Part shown: piece after piece, positions 9,335 through 20,248 of the stretch
How positions within the stretch are numbered: the stretch's first letter is position 1
Layout: every line of letters begins with the position of its first letter
Source: Erysipelotrichaceae bacterium
Lineage (GTDB): Bacteria > Bacillota_I > Bacilli_A > RFN20 > CAG-631
Direction of reading: 5' to 3'
Assembly: GCA_022767485.1 (NCBI GenBank)
Contig: JALEMY010000023.1
Span: 1 to 47,192, forward strand
DNA: 47,192 nt
Made by a program: the position numbers and the translations under genes
The notes under the pieces: model-generated
Databases searched by the model: none
The model's input: only the letters and a program-made list of their open reading frames with translations
What the model was told of the DNA's origin: nothing

Positions 9335-11167
9335 ATGAAAAACAATAAAAAATTATTAGTATTATCATTATTAGCTTGTACTTTATTAACTGGTTGTGAT
9401 GATGTAACAAAAGTACAAAACGGAAGTGACGCTGTAGGAAAAGTTACAGCAAGCGGTGAAGAATTAGAAACAATTTTAACTCTTCAAGATTTATATGAAT
9501 CATTAAAAGAAACAAATGGTGGTTCAGTAGTTGTTGATAAACTATTAGAAAAAATTGCAAGTATTGAATATAGTGATGATGCATTAGCAACAACACGTCC
9601 TGTAGAAGATGGCAAATTCGATGTAAGAAATTATCGTACAACAGCCTCTTTACAAAAGGATATCGCTAAAAAGTTTGAAGACATTGTTGATGGCACATCA
9701 TATTTAGATGATGATGGAAACTTTGACCCTGAAGCATATAAAGAATATGTTTCTGAAACATTAGATTATGAAGTTAGAGATGGTCAAACTAGTGAAAAAT
9801 ATATCGCTGATTCAAGCCTTAGAGCAAAACTTGGCTACAATTATGACGAATATATTGAAAAATCAATTAAACCAGACATTTTGGAAAATTATTTATACAT
9901 CGATTACATTACAGGCATTAGTAAGTATAAAGGTCAATTTTCAAACCAATATGCTGTTAAACTTGAAGTATTAAAGATTGAACATGATACAACAAAATTA
10001 AATGGTGCTTGGAATGAATCATTAGTAAAAGATGTTAAAGCAGTAACAAGCGGAAATGGTGTTAGTGCATTTGGAACTGACTATTCATTCGTAACATTTA
10101 ATTCTGATTTACAAATGATTGTATTTACTACAAGTGCTAATGAACTTGACTATTCAGTATATACATTAACTGATAATGATGTTGCTTTATATGTACCAAG
10201 TCACATTGCAATGAATGGTAAAAATCCTGTTAAACAATTAGACTTAAGTAAAGCTTCAGATTTAACAACAGTTAATGGCATTATTTCTCGTTCAACAAAA
10301 GTTGATGATAAATCATGGAAAATTACTACTTCAGCAACTGCCGATTCAACATTTTATGAAAATATCGAAGATGTTTTAATTGCTCGTAAATTATGGAATA
10401 TTGACCATGAAGTTACATTAGCTAAAAACTATGACTATAAAACAACATATTATGAAGCTATGACTGAAACTGAAAAGAGTGAAGCACAAGGATTTGCAAG
10501 CACTTATTCAAATTCAAATTCAAAACCTTTAAAAGAAGTTGCTAAGCAAAAGAAGATTACAGCTCAACAAACAAAATATTATTCAAAACCTGATTATTAC
10601 ACAAAGAGTACTTATACAAGCGTATTACCTTCTACACTTTCTTCTTTAAGAGGAACATCAGCAAAAGATTTAATTTCTCATTTACAATCATTTGGTGCTT
10701 CATCTAATGCAAATGATAACCAATTCTTACTTCCTTCAAATGATTCTTATAAAGATCCTGTATATTTAGATACAAGTTCAAATAATTATTATATTTGTGA
10801 AGTATCTGATTGGTATGGTTACTATCAATATGTTAACTTACTTGATTCATCAAAACCTTCTAAACAAATTTCAAATTATCAAATTGAAGCTTATCAAAAA
10901 GGTTCATACACAACTTGGAAATTAAATGATGAAGGCACACGTTTTGTTGAAGACACAGCTTCAACAGTTGTATATTCATCTCATCCAGAAGCATTTGAAA
11001 GCATTATTGAATTAGTTCAAATTTCTGCAAATGCTATCTTAACAGATGCAATGAAGAAAGAAGCAATCGTATCATTATTTGAAAAATATTCACTTGAAAT
11101 TAACGATCAAGATATTTACGATTACATTTCAAATCAATATCCTGACTATTTTGAAGATGAAGAATAA
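9335..11167 (+). CDS. Large lipoprotein, possibly a divergent PrsA paralog
   Basis: Lipobox LLTGC; N-terminal LTLQDLYESLK..GG..V..LLEKI and C-terminal KYSLEINDQDIYDY resemble the PrsA NC domain; no clear parvulin catalytic motifs. Confidence 0.6.
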   Translation: MKNNKKLLVLSLLACTLLTGCDDVTKVQNGSDAVGKVTASGEELETILTLQDLYESLKETNGGSVVVDKLLEKIASIEYSDDALATTRPVEDGKFDVRNYRTTASLQKDIAKKFEDIVDGTSYLDDDGNFDPEAYKEYVSETLDYEVRDGQTSEKYIADSSLRAKLGYNYDEYIEKSIKPDILENYLYIDYITGISKYKGQFSNQYAVKLEVLKIEHDTTKLNGAWNESLVKDVKAVTSGNGVSAFGTDYSFVTFNSDLQMIVFTTSANELDYSVYTLTDNDVALYVPSHIAMNGKNPVKQLDLSKASDLTTVNGIISRSTKVDDKSWKITTSATADSTFYENIEDVLIARKLWNIDHEVTLAKNYDYKTTYYEAMTETEKSEAQGFASTYSNSNSKPLKEVAKQKKITAQQTKYYSKPDYYTKSTYTSVLPSTLSSLRGTSAKDLISHLQSFGASSNANDNQFLLPSNDSYKDPVYLDTSSNNYYICEVSDWYGYYQYVNLLDSSKPSKQISNYQIEAYQKGSYTTWKLNDEGTRFVEDTASTVVYSSHPEAFESIIELVQISANAILTDAMKKEAIVSLFEKYSLEINDQDIYDYISNQYPDYFEDEE

Positions 11168-11170
11168 TTA

Positions 11171-11200
11171 AAAGGGCTATGTTCAAACATGGCCTTTTTT
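11171..11200 (+). terminator. Intrinsic terminator after the lipoprotein pair
   Basis: GGGCTATGT-TCAA-ACATGGCCT stem (with G-U pairs) plus a T-run. Confidence 0.75.
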
Positions 11201-11219
11201 TAAAAAAAAGGAGAAAAAA

Positions 11220-11765
11220 ATGATCAAACAAAACATATATAATAATATTATCCTTTCAATATTAGGTATTATTTTAGGCATTATTATTTGTGTAATAGAC
11301 CCTAGTAAACTTTTAGCAGTAATTTTTACTTGCGCTGGTATTTTTACTGTTTTTTGTGCAATTATCAGCCTACTTGAATTAAAGCAAAGTAAAAGTGAAA
11401 AGGAAAAGAATTATGTATTAATATCAGCAATAATAATGTTAGCAATTGGATTATTGTTAATAATTTATCCAAACTGGATTGCAACTATTATTTGTGGTGT
11501 CTTCTTACTTGCTTTACCTATTTATCGTATTATCATAAACAATAATCGTTTAAACGCTTTAAAAAAAGAAGCAACAAAACTTATTTTAGGTGTTATCTTA
11601 ATCTTTTTTGGTGTGGGTTCTGTAGTTAAAATATTATTATACATTGCTGGTGGAATAGTAATACTAGTCAGTACTTTATTACTTGTATATAGTATAATAT
11701 TATTAGTAAAAATAAATAAAAAAGAGAAAAAAAATAAAGAAGATAATGATGTTATTGACGTATAA
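11220..11765 (+). CDS. Multi-pass membrane protein (DUF308/HdeD-like)
   Basis: About six hydrophobic helices with the repeated G.L.I..P pattern; lysine-rich tail. Confidence 0.65.
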   Translation: MIKQNIYNNIILSILGIILGIIICVIDPSKLLAVIFTCAGIFTVFCAIISLLELKQSKSEKEKNYVLISAIIMLAIGLLLIIYPNWIATIICGVFLLALPIYRIIINNNRLNALKKEATKLILGVILIFFGVGSVVKILLYIAGGIVILVSTLLLVYSIILLVKINKKEKKNKEDNDVIDV

Positions 11766-11819
11766 CTATTGATAAATATTAAAATTTATATATAATTATA
11801 TTTATCGGGGGTATTTGTT

Positions 11820-12260
11820 ATGTCAAAGAAAGAAAAAAAGGGTTTTATTAAAGAATTTAAAGAATTTATTTCACGTGGAAGCATCGTTGATATGGCTGTC
11901 GGTGTTGTTGTCGGTGGTGCGTTTACTACAATTGTAAACACATTAGTAAAATCAGTATTAACACCATTAATTAATTTCGTTGTATATACGATTGCTGGTG
12001 GAAAAGAAGGAAGTTTCTCAGGACTTGATATTGTATTAATTCCAGCAACTGTTGATCCTGAAACTGGTGCAGTATTAAAAGATGCAACTGTATTAGGTTT
12101 TTCAGATTTCATCACTTCAATTGTTAACTTTCTATTAATTGCTTTTACTCTATTTTGTATTATTAAAGGAATTAACAAAATTAGAGAAAGCGCTGATGAG
12201 TTAAAGGCAAAAATAGCTGCTGAAAGCAAAAAAGCTGAAGAAGAAGAAAAAGCAGAATAA
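11820..12260 (+). CDS. mscL: Large-conductance mechanosensitive channel
   Basis: FIKEFKEFISRGSIVDMAVGVVVGGAF; FITSIVNFLLIAF. Confidence 0.97.
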   Translation: MSKKEKKGFIKEFKEFISRGSIVDMAVGVVVGGAFTTIVNTLVKSVLTPLINFVVYTIAGGKEGSFSGLDIVLIPATVDPETGAVLKDATVLGFSDFITSIVNFLLIAFTLFCIIKGINKIRESADELKAKIAAESKKAEEEEKAE

Positions 12261-12264
12261 TGAT

Positions 12265-12341
12265 AAAATAGCAAATTACAATGATTAATTTGCTATTTTT
12301 TGTTTAAATGAAAAAATATACCATAAAAGGTATATTTTTTT
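12265..12341. terminator. Two adjacent bidirectional terminator hairpins between convergent mscL and miaA
   Basis: AAAATAGCAAATTA/TAATTTGCTATTTT and AAAAAATATACC/GGTATATTTTTT inverted repeats. Confidence 0.75.
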
Positions 12342-12367
12342 GCTTAATTTAACAATAATTATGAAAT

Positions 12368-13264
12368 TTATAAATCCCACTTATTATTAATTAATGTAGT
12401 AATATTTTCTAAAGCATTCTCATCATTATTAACCCAATTAATAGAAAATTGGTTATTAAAAAATGTTCTTTGTCTTTTAGCATACTGATGCGTATGAATT
12501 TTCATTAGTTTTTTTGCTTCATCAAGTGTTATTTTATTGTTTAAATAATCATTTATTTCTTTATATCCAATAGCTTTGCTAGCTGTTGATGTCGTTTGAT
12601 TGTTTTTAACTTCATCTATGATTCCATTATTAAACATTTCTTCTATTCTATCATCGATTTTTTTATTGATAATATCTTTATTTAATGTAAGTCCTATCAA
12701 TAATGCATCATAAAGTAATTCGTGTTTTTGCATATTTATTATCTCCGATTTACTTTTTCCAGTAGCTTGATAAATTGCTAAAGCTCTAAGAACACGTCTA
12801 CGATTGTTTTTATGAATAGTTTCACATGATTTTGCATCCACTTGACGAAGTAATTCATAAAGTTCATCATTTGATTTATCTTTATACTTATCTTCAATTT
12901 CTTGATTAGAAATGTTATCTTTTGAAAAAGAATAATCATATAAAGCAGATTTTATATATAAGCCTGTTCCTCCTACGATTATCGGAAGTTTATTTCTTCC
13001 TGCCACTTCTTTGATAACTTTTCTAATATTTTCTTGGTATTGTTCAACACTATAATTATCACTTATATCGATAATATCAAATAAATGATGTTTGATACCT
13101 TGCATATCTTCTTTTTTTATTTTATCGGTAATTATATTAAGATTTTTATAAACTTGCATGGCATCGCCATTGATAATTTCACCATTATATAATTTAGCAA
13201 GTTTAATAGACATGGATGTTTTTCCAACAGCTGTTGCTCCTAAAATAACAATAACTTTATCCAT
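12368..13264 (-). CDS. miaA: tRNA dimethylallyltransferase
   Basis: GATAVGKT, DAMQVY, VGGTGLY, KAIGYKE, YAKRQRT. Confidence 0.97.
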   Translation of the reverse strand: MDKVIVILGATAVGKTSMSIKLAKLYNGEIINGDAMQVYKNLNIITDKIKKEDMQGIKHHLFDIIDISDNYSVEQYQENIRKVIKEVAGRNKLPIIVGGTGLYIKSALYDYSFSKDNISNQEIEDKYKDKSNDELYELLRQVDAKSCETIHKNNRRRVLRALAIYQATGKSKSEIINMQKHELLYDALLIGLTLNKDIINKKIDDRIEEMFNNGIIDEVKNNQTTSTASKAIGYKEINDYLNNKITLDEAKKLMKIHTHQYAKRQRTFFNNQFSINWVNNDENALENITTLINNKWDL

Positions 13265-13267
13265 AAT

Positions 13268-14980
13268 CTAGCTCCTTTTAAAGAATTTTTCTAATTCATA
13301 CTTACTATATTTAATCATAGTAGGTCTCCCATGAGGGCAAGTGTATGGATCTTTACATAAAAACAAATCGTGAATAATAACTTCCATATCATTAATTGTT
13401 AAAAAAGTATTAGCTTTCAAGGAAGCTTTGCAGGCTGCAGTAGCAATTGCATAATCTTTCAATAAGTTTTCATCTATTTTCTTATTATTAATGATTTGAT
13501 TTATCACATCGTCGACATATATTTTTAAATCGATTCTATTAAAATAATATGGTATTTGGCTAATACGAATAGTATTTTTGCCAAATGGTTCAGCATCAAT
13601 ATGTAAATCATGTAATAAAGATAAATGATCACATACGATTTCAAATTCATTTAGTGGTAATTCTATAACTAAAGGAATAAGTAAATCAACAATCGCTGCT
13701 GGTTCTTTAAATAGTTTTTGGTATTTTTCATATCTTACACGTTCTTGAGCTGCATGTTGATCGACTAAAATAAAGCCATCAGATGACTGAGCAATAATGT
13801 AACTTCCATGAATTTGTCCTATAATTTCATAGCCTATTTTATCAACATTATCATCTTCTAGTTTCAAGGTGTTTTGTATATTATAATTACTTTCATCTTC
13901 TTTAATAACATTTGAATAATCAAAAAAAGCTTGAGAAAATTTTTCTTCATTATTTGTATTTTTTATAGTTTGATTGATTATTTGATTGTTGCTTACTAAA
14001 GTGTTTTTTATAGCATTTTTAATTAATTCTTTTAATTCATTTTCTTTAGAAATACGAATTTCTTGTTTTGTTGGATGAACATTTACATCTAGCAAAGAAG
14101 CATCAGTATCAATATATAAAACACAATAAGGATAACGATTTTCAAATAAAAACTCGTGATATCCTTCAATTACACAATCACTTAACACTTTATTTTTAAC
14201 GCATCTTTTGTTGATAAAGCTATATATTCCATATTTGTTTGCTTTTGAAATTGAAATGTTGCTCGTATAGCCATAAATATGAAAATCATTATTTGAATTT
14301 TCAAAGTAACTCATATTTTTAGCTATATTCATTCCATATATTTCAGAAATAATTTCGATAATATCATTTTTTCCGCTAGTTTTAAATATTTGTTTTTGGT
14401 TGTGAGTCAAACTAAAAGCAACACTAGGATTAGCAAGTGCTAGTTTATTTACAATGTCGATAATATAAGATAGCTCACTACTATTTGATTTTAAATATTT
14501 AAGCCTAGCTGGAGTGTTATAAAACAATTCTTCAACTTTGATGATAGTTCCTTGGGGCAAAGCACAAGGAGTAATAGAAATAATATTAGAATTCTCACAA
14601 TATAGTTTTACTCCAACATCGCTATTTTCTTCTTTTGTTAGCAAAGTAAAGCAAGAAACAGAGGAAATAGCACTTAAAGCTTCACCTCTAAAGCCTAATG
14701 TTTTAATAGAAAACAAATCTTGATCAATGTGGATTTTGCTAGTTGCATGCCTTTTTATCGATAATATAGCATCTTCTTTTGACATGCCAATGCCATTATC
14801 TTTAACTTCGATTAGACTTCTACCACCATCAATAATATTAATATCAATTTTACTTGCTTTAGCGTCTAAAGAATTTTCAACCAATTCTTTTACAACACTA
14901 CTTGGTCGTTCTACAACTTCTCCTGCAGCAATTTTATCAGCTAAAGATGCATCTAAAATATTGATTCTATTCATAATCAT
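13268..14980 (-). CDS. mutL: DNA mismatch repair endonuclease MutL
   Basis: IAAGEVVERP, GFRGEAL, DVNVHP, DQHAAQER, CKAS, CPHGRP. Confidence 0.97.
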   Translation of the reverse strand: MIMNRINILDASLADKIAAGEVVERPSSVVKELVENSLDAKASKIDINIIDGGRSLIEVKDNGIGMSKEDAILSIKRHATSKIHIDQDLFSIKTLGFRGEALSAISSVSCFTLLTKEENSDVGVKLYCENSNIISITPCALPQGTIIKVEELFYNTPARLKYLKSNSSELSYIIDIVNKLALANPSVAFSLTHNQKQIFKTSGKNDIIEIISEIYGMNIAKNMSYFENSNNDFHIYGYTSNISISKANKYGIYSFINKRCVKNKVLSDCVIEGYHEFLFENRYPYCVLYIDTDASLLDVNVHPTKQEIRISKENELKELIKNAIKNTLVSNNQIINQTIKNTNNEEKFSQAFFDYSNVIKEDESNYNIQNTLKLEDDNVDKIGYEIIGQIHGSYIIAQSSDGFILVDQHAAQERVRYEKYQKLFKEPAAIVDLLIPLVIELPLNEFEIVCDHLSLLHDLHIDAEPFGKNTIRISQIPYYFNRIDLKIYVDDVINQIINNKKIDENLLKDYAIATAACKASLKANTFLTINDMEVIIHDLFLCKDPYTCPHGRPTMIKYSKYELEKFFKRS

Positions 14981-17517
14981 TTTCTCTCTTTAATCTTTTT
15001 TTGAATTTCAAACAAAAATGTTAATGCCTCAAGAGGGCTCATTTGCAGTGGATCTAAGGTTTCTAAGTCTTTAATATATTCAGGCTGTTTTTCTTTTTCA
15101 ACCTTAGTAATTTTTTGACTAGTTACTATAACGTTTCCATTACTTTCTTTAACATTTAATATCTCTTTTGCTCTTAAAAGTAATGATTCTGGAAGATGCG
15201 CTAAACGAGCGACATTGATACCATATGATTTATTAGTAGCACCATTAGTCATTTTATATAAGAAAGTAACTTTATCATCTTCTTCAATAACAGCAGCATG
15301 AAGATTTATTAAACCATCGATGCTATTTGCAAGAGATGTAAGTTCGTGATAGTGTGTAGAAAATAATGTGATGCATTGTTTTTCTTTACAAATATATTCG
15401 ATGATTGCTTGAGCTAATGCCATACCATCAAATGTTGCTGTACCTCTTCCAACTTCATCAAATAATATTAAAGAGTTTAAAGTGCTATATTGCAATGCAT
15501 AATTTACTTCACTCATCTCAACCATAAATGTCGATTGTCCAGATATCAAATCATCACTTGCGCCAATACGGGTAAATATCCCATCAAATATTGGAAGATT
15601 TGCATAATCTGCAGCTACAAAGCAGCCAATTTGGGCCATTATAGAAGCTAGGGCAACTTGCTTCATAAATGTCGATTTACCACCCATATTTGGGCCTGAA
15701 ATCAAAACAAAATGTTTATCCTTTTCAATATTAACATCATTTGGAACGTAGTTTTCTAAACGATTTAATGCTTCCATTACTGGATGTCTACCATTTTTAA
15801 CCAAGATGGTGTGTTCATCGTTAAATGTTGGTCTAACGTAATGATTAGTAGTGGATACTTCCGCAAAAGATACCATTACATCAATAAAAGAAATAATATC
15901 AGCATCATCTTGAATTTGTTTAGTTAAAGTCTTAATATATGTTCTTAATTCGTTGAAAAGTTCGAATTCCAAAGCCATTATTTTATCATCAGCAGATAAA
16001 ATAAATTTTTCTTTTTCTTTAAGTTCAGGAGTGATAAATCTTTCTGAATTAGTTGTTGTTTGTTTTCTAATATAATTATATTCATCTTTAATGTTTCCTA
16101 AAAATGAATTAGTAACTTCTATATAATAGCCAAAAACCTTATTAAACCCAATTTTTAAGTTTTTTATTCCTGTTTTTTCTCTTTCTTTTGCTTCAAGGTT
16201 AGCGATGTAATTTTTTCCATCTTTTAAAGCAAACTTTAAATCATCAAGTTGACTATCATAACCATCTTTTATCATTCCTCCCTCTTTTATTGTTAAAGGA
16301 GGATTTTCAACGATAGCAAGTTCTAATTTGCTTGTCATTTCACTCAAGCAATTAATTTTATCAGCATATTCATCTAATTGTAAAGAATGCAAAGTCTCTT
16401 TAATTTTTGGAAGGGCAACAAATGATTTTTTAAGTTGTAATAAGTCACGAGCATTGGCATTACCATAAGATATTTTTGCTATTAATCTTTCAAGATCATA
16501 AACTTCATCAAGCATAGAAATCAAATCATGACGCGCTAAATAATTATTTGATAAAACCTCGACAATATCTAATCTTTTATTAATATCACTTACATCGCAT
16601 AATGGCTTGATTATATATTTTTTTAATAATCTAGCCCCCATTGCTGTCTTTGTTTTATCAAGTAACCAAAATAAAGAGCCAAAACGTTCATCGCTTTTAA
16701 TTGTACGAGTAAGCTCAAGATTAATAGCTGATGAATTATCAAGTTTCATGAATTGACTATTTTTTAAAACATTGGCAACTTTTAAATATTCAATCGACCT
16801 TTTTTGCGTATTTGTCAAATAATAAATCAATTTAGAAACAGTGTTTGCTTGTCGAATATCTTTAATAGACGAAGTGATTTCAAACACTTCAAGAGGCATT
16901 GCTTCTTCTTCGCTAATAGTCATGAAAATATTCATTTTCTTTAAAATATAGTTTTTATAATTTTCATAAAAAGAAGCAGTAGTCACAATTTCTTTAATTT
17001 CCAAACTTTCAAGTTCATTAATCAATAAATCAATATCATGCGAAACATTGATAACATTTAATTCACCAGTTGATAAATCACAATATGACAAAGTATAAAA
17101 TGATGTGTAATCATCAATATAAGCAATATAATTGTTATCTTTTTCTTTTAAGCCAAGATTGATTAAAGTTCCAGGAGTAATGATTTGTACAACATCTCTT
17201 TTAACGAGCTTATTTTTAGCAGTAGCTGGGTCTTCTAGTTGTTCTACAATACCAACTTTATAACCATTTTTTATCAATATTTCAATATATTGATTAACTG
17301 CGTGATAGGGAACTCCACACATAGGAATTCTATCTTCAACCCCAGCATTTTTTCCAGTTAATACTAATTCTAATACTTTAGAAGCAATTTTAGCATCGTC
17401 AAAAAACAATTCGTAAAAGTCTCCTAAACGAAATAAAATCAATGTATCTTTATAATTTTCCTTAATCGATAAATATTGCATCACCATCGGTGAATATTTT
17501 GTTTTATTGTCTTCCAT
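14977..17517 (-). CDS. mutS: DNA mismatch repair protein MutS
   Basis: GDFYELF, MCGVPYH, SGPNMGGKST, STFMVEM, DEVGRGT, SYGINVA; ATG 17517 behind AGGTGG. Confidence 0.97.
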   Translation of the reverse strand: MEDNKTKYSPMVMQYLSIKENYKDTLILFRLGDFYELFFDDAKIASKVLELVLTGKNAGVEDRIPMCGVPYHAVNQYIEILIKNGYKVGIVEQLEDPATAKNKLVKRDVVQIITPGTLINLGLKEKDNNYIAYIDDYTSFYTLSYCDLSTGELNVINVSHDIDLLINELESLEIKEIVTTASFYENYKNYILKKMNIFMTISEEEAMPLEVFEITSSIKDIRQANTVSKLIYYLTNTQKRSIEYLKVANVLKNSQFMKLDNSSAINLELTRTIKSDERFGSLFWLLDKTKTAMGARLLKKYIIKPLCDVSDINKRLDIVEVLSNNYLARHDLISMLDEVYDLERLIAKISYGNANARDLLQLKKSFVALPKIKETLHSLQLDEYADKINCLSEMTSKLELAIVENPPLTIKEGGMIKDGYDSQLDDLKFALKDGKNYIANLEAKEREKTGIKNLKIGFNKVFGYYIEVTNSFLGNIKDEYNYIRKQTTTNSERFITPELKEKEKFILSADDKIMALEFELFNELRTYIKTLTKQIQDDADIISFIDVMVSFAEVSTTNHYVRPTFNDEHTILVKNGRHPVMEALNRLENYVPNDVNIEKDKHFVLISGPNMGGKSTFMKQVALASIMAQIGCFVAADYANLPIFDGIFTRIGASDDLISGQSTFMVEMSEVNYALQYSTLNSLILFDEVGRGTATFDGMALAQAIIEYICKEKQCITLFSTHYHELTSLANSIDGLINLHAAVIEEDDKVTFLYKMTNGATNKSYGINVARLAHLPESLLLRAKEILNVKESNGNVIVTSQKITKVEKEKQPEYIKDLETLDPLQMSPLEALTFLFEIQKKIKERK

Positions 17518-17674
17518 TATAACCACCTACTACTTTTTTAATTATTTTATCACAAAAACAATCATAAACATATAAAAAACGATTTTTAATTTTATTAAAA
17601 TTAAATTAAGCATAAAAAAAGATTTCTTTATCATTTTTAAAGTGGTATGATATACATGCTAACAAGGTGATAAT

Positions 17675-18130
17675 ATGAAAATAAAAAGTAAAAACGAACA
17701 AGATACATATATTTTAGCTAGTAAAATTGCTAGTTTATTAAATGGTGGAGAAATCATTTTATTAAATGGTGATTTAGGCGCTGGTAAAACGACATTTGTT
17801 AAAGGAATTGCTAAGGCTTTAAATATTAATGAAGTAGTAACAAGTCCTACTTTTACCTTGCTTAAAACGTATTCTAGTGAAAAATTTACTTTAGTTCACG
17901 TTGATGCTTATCGATTGGATGGTTCGTCTTTCGATGAATTATATGACTACCTTAATAATGATAATGTCATTTTTATCGAATGGTCATCTTGCTTAGCAAA
18001 TACGGATTTTTTACAAGAATATTTATCTATATCAATAACATATAAAAGCAAAAACCAAAGAGAATTTGATATAAATGCTAAAGGAAAACGCTATTTATCT
18101 TTTTTAAAGGAGTTTGATCATAATGTATAG
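17675..18130 (+). CDS. tsaE: tRNA t6A biosynthesis ATPase TsaE
   Basis: GDLGAGKTT, SPTF, HVDAYRL, IEW. Confidence 0.96.
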   Translation: MKIKSKNEQDTYILASKIASLLNGGEIILLNGDLGAGKTTFVKGIAKALNINEVVTSPTFTLLKTYSSEKFTLVHVDAYRLDGSSFDELYDYLNNDNVIFIEWSSCLANTDFLQEYLSISITYKSKNQREFDINAKGKRYLSFLKEFDHNV

Positions 18131-18710
18131 TTTATTTTTAGATACTTCAACTAAATATTTATGTATAGGAATTGCTAATAACTATCAAGTTATTTATAAA
18201 TATCAACAAGAAGCGATAAAAAAACAATCGGAACTTACAATTCCTTTTTTAAAAAAAGCTTTGGATGATTGTCATTTATCATTAAGTGATATAAATGAAG
18301 TTTGCGTAACAATTGGCCCTGGTTCTTTTACAGGAATTCGCATAGGAATGTGTATTGCTAAAGTGTTGTCTACAACAAATAATATTCCATTAAAAGCAAT
18401 TTCATCTTTAAATGCCTACGCTAATCTTGGCAATAAAATAGTTGTTTTAGATGCCAAAGCATCGAGAGTTTATATGGGAATATATAAAGATAATGTAGCA
18501 TTAATAGATGAATGTGTCGTGGAAATTAAAGATTTTTCACAAGTAATAGAAAATTATAAAAATTTTGATGTTGTCTTAGATAGTCATCTTGTTAAATCTA
18601 AAGAAAGTGAAAAAATTGATGTCATAGAAAATATGAATAGAATTTGTCAAAATATAAAATGTGTAAATGATGTTGATGCTTTAATACCGCTTTATTTAAA
18701 GGATAGATAA
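18123..18710 (+). CDS. tsaB: tRNA t6A biosynthesis protein TsaB
   Basis: LFLDTS, GPGSFTGIRIG, LIPLYL; ATG 18123 preferred. Confidence 0.95.
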   Translation: MYSLFLDTSTKYLCIGIANNYQVIYKYQQEAIKKQSELTIPFLKKALDDCHLSLSDINEVCVTIGPGSFTGIRIGMCIAKVLSTTNNIPLKAISSLNAYANLGNKIVVLDAKASRVYMGIYKDNVALIDECVVEIKDFSQVIENYKNFDVVLDSHLVKSKESEKIDVIENMNRICQNIKCVNDVDALIPLYLKDR

Positions 18711-18711
18711 T

Positions 18712-19182
18712 ATGACATTACAAATATGTGAAGTAGTAGATAAGGATTTAGATGAAATTACATTAATAGAAGAAGAATTATATCTTCATCCTTGGAAGAA
18801 AAAAGATTTCGAATATGAAATACATGAAAATCCTTTTGCTATATATTTAAAATTACTTGATGCTGATAGTAATGAAATAATGGGTTACTTTGGTTTTTGG
18901 ATTAAATTTGAGCAAGCCGAAATAACAAAAGTATCGATAAAAAGAAAATATCAAGGATATAAACTATCTAAGCTTTTAATGGCTGATGGTGAAAAAAGAA
19001 TGATGTTAGCAGGCTGTGAAAGCGTTACTTTAGAAGTTCGTATTTCCAATATAAAGGCAATCAATTTATACCAAAAATTTAATTATAAAATAGTAGCGAC
19101 AAGAAAGCATTATTACGATAATGGTGAAGATGCCTATTTGATGTTAAAGGAGTTGAATCAAAATGATAATACTAGCGATTGA
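18712..19182 (+). CDS. rimI: Ribosomal-protein N-acetyltransferase RimI (GNAT)
   Basis: TLEVRISN..AINLY, RKHYY..GEDA; located between tsaB and tsaD. Confidence 0.93.
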   Translation: MTLQICEVVDKDLDEITLIEEELYLHPWKKKDFEYEIHENPFAIYLKLLDADSNEIMGYFGFWIKFEQAEITKVSIKRKYQGYKLSKLLMADGEKRMMLAGCESVTLEVRISNIKAINLYQKFNYKIVATRKHYYDNGEDAYLMLKELNQNDNTSD

Positions 19183-20176
19183 AAGTTCATGTGATGACAC
19201 TTGTGTGGCTATATTAAAAGATAAAGAACTATTAAGCAATGTTGTTTCATCACAAATAGAGTTTCATAATAAATATGGTGGAGTAATGCCCGAACTTGCT
19301 TCAAGATTACATATAGAAAAAATAACATATGTGATAAAAGAAGCTGTAAGTAAAGCTAACATTTCCTTAAAAGATGTCGATTATATTGCATTTACTGTAG
19401 GACCAGGACTTGTAGGTTCATTGCACGTTGGTATGCAAGCTGCTAAAACATTAGCTTTGCTTTTAAACAAACCATTAGTTCCAATTCACCATCTTGCAGG
19501 TCATATTTACGCCGCTCGTTTTATAAGAGAATTTAAGTTTCCACTTTTAGCCTTAGTGGTATCTGGTGGAAATACCGAACTTGTATATATGGAAGATGAA
19601 TTGAAATTTAAAATTGTTGGTCAGACATTAGATGATGCTGTTGGGGAAGCTTATGATAAAGTATCTCGCTTGCTACAAAGCGGTTATCCAGGAGGCCCTG
19701 CTATTGATAAACTTTCAAAAAGTGGCGAAATTAAATATCATTTGCCTATGCCAAAAAATGATGATTCACTTGATTTTTCCTATTCAGGTCTTAAATCAGC
19801 GGTTATTAATTTAATTCACAATATGGAGCAAAGAAAAGAAAGTTATAAAAAAGAAGATATAGCAGCTTCATTTCAAAATGTAGCTTGCAATATATTAATT
19901 AAGAAAGTTAAACTTGCTTTAAAACGTTATCCTAATATAAAAACATTTGTTGCTGCTGGAGGTGTATCGGCAAATAGTTGCCTTAGAGAAAAACTTGTAG
20001 AATTATTAAAAGATTATCCGCAAATTGATTTAATTTTACCAAATCTTTCTTTATGTGGTGATAATGCTGCTATGATTGGAATGTGCGCATATTATAAAAT
20101 TATTTCTTCATCATATGATAATGATTTAACAATTTCTTCCATTCCACAATATGAACTTGAAGATTTTTCTTTATAA
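19163..20176 (+). CDS. tsaD: tRNA t6A threonylcarbamoyltransferase TsaD
   Basis: IESSCDDT, GGVMPELASRLH, HHLAGH, DDAVGEAYDK, DNAAMIG. Confidence 0.97.
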   Translation: MIILAIESSCDDTCVAILKDKELLSNVVSSQIEFHNKYGGVMPELASRLHIEKITYVIKEAVSKANISLKDVDYIAFTVGPGLVGSLHVGMQAAKTLALLLNKPLVPIHHLAGHIYAARFIREFKFPLLALVVSGGNTELVYMEDELKFKIVGQTLDDAVGEAYDKVSRLLQSGYPGGPAIDKLSKSGEIKYHLPMPKNDDSLDFSYSGLKSAVINLIHNMEQRKESYKKEDIAASFQNVACNILIKKVKLALKRYPNIKTFVAAGGVSANSCLREKLVELLKDYPQIDLILPNLSLCGDNAAMIGMCAYYKIISSSYDNDLTISSIPQYELEDFSL

Positions 20177-20194
20177 TCTTAAAAAATGAAATAC

Positions 20195-20203
20195 TTCGAC
20201 AAA
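20195..20203 (-). promoter_or_regulatory. Candidate Spo0A box (0A box) upstream of the RCC1-repeat gene
   Basis: + strand TTCGACAAA reads TTTGTCGAA on -, the extended 0A consensus, in a 72-bp intergenic gap. Confidence 0.45.
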
Positions 20204-20248
20204 AATCGTTAATTTGTCTGCCTATACTATTAATTAAGGAGGCTTTTT

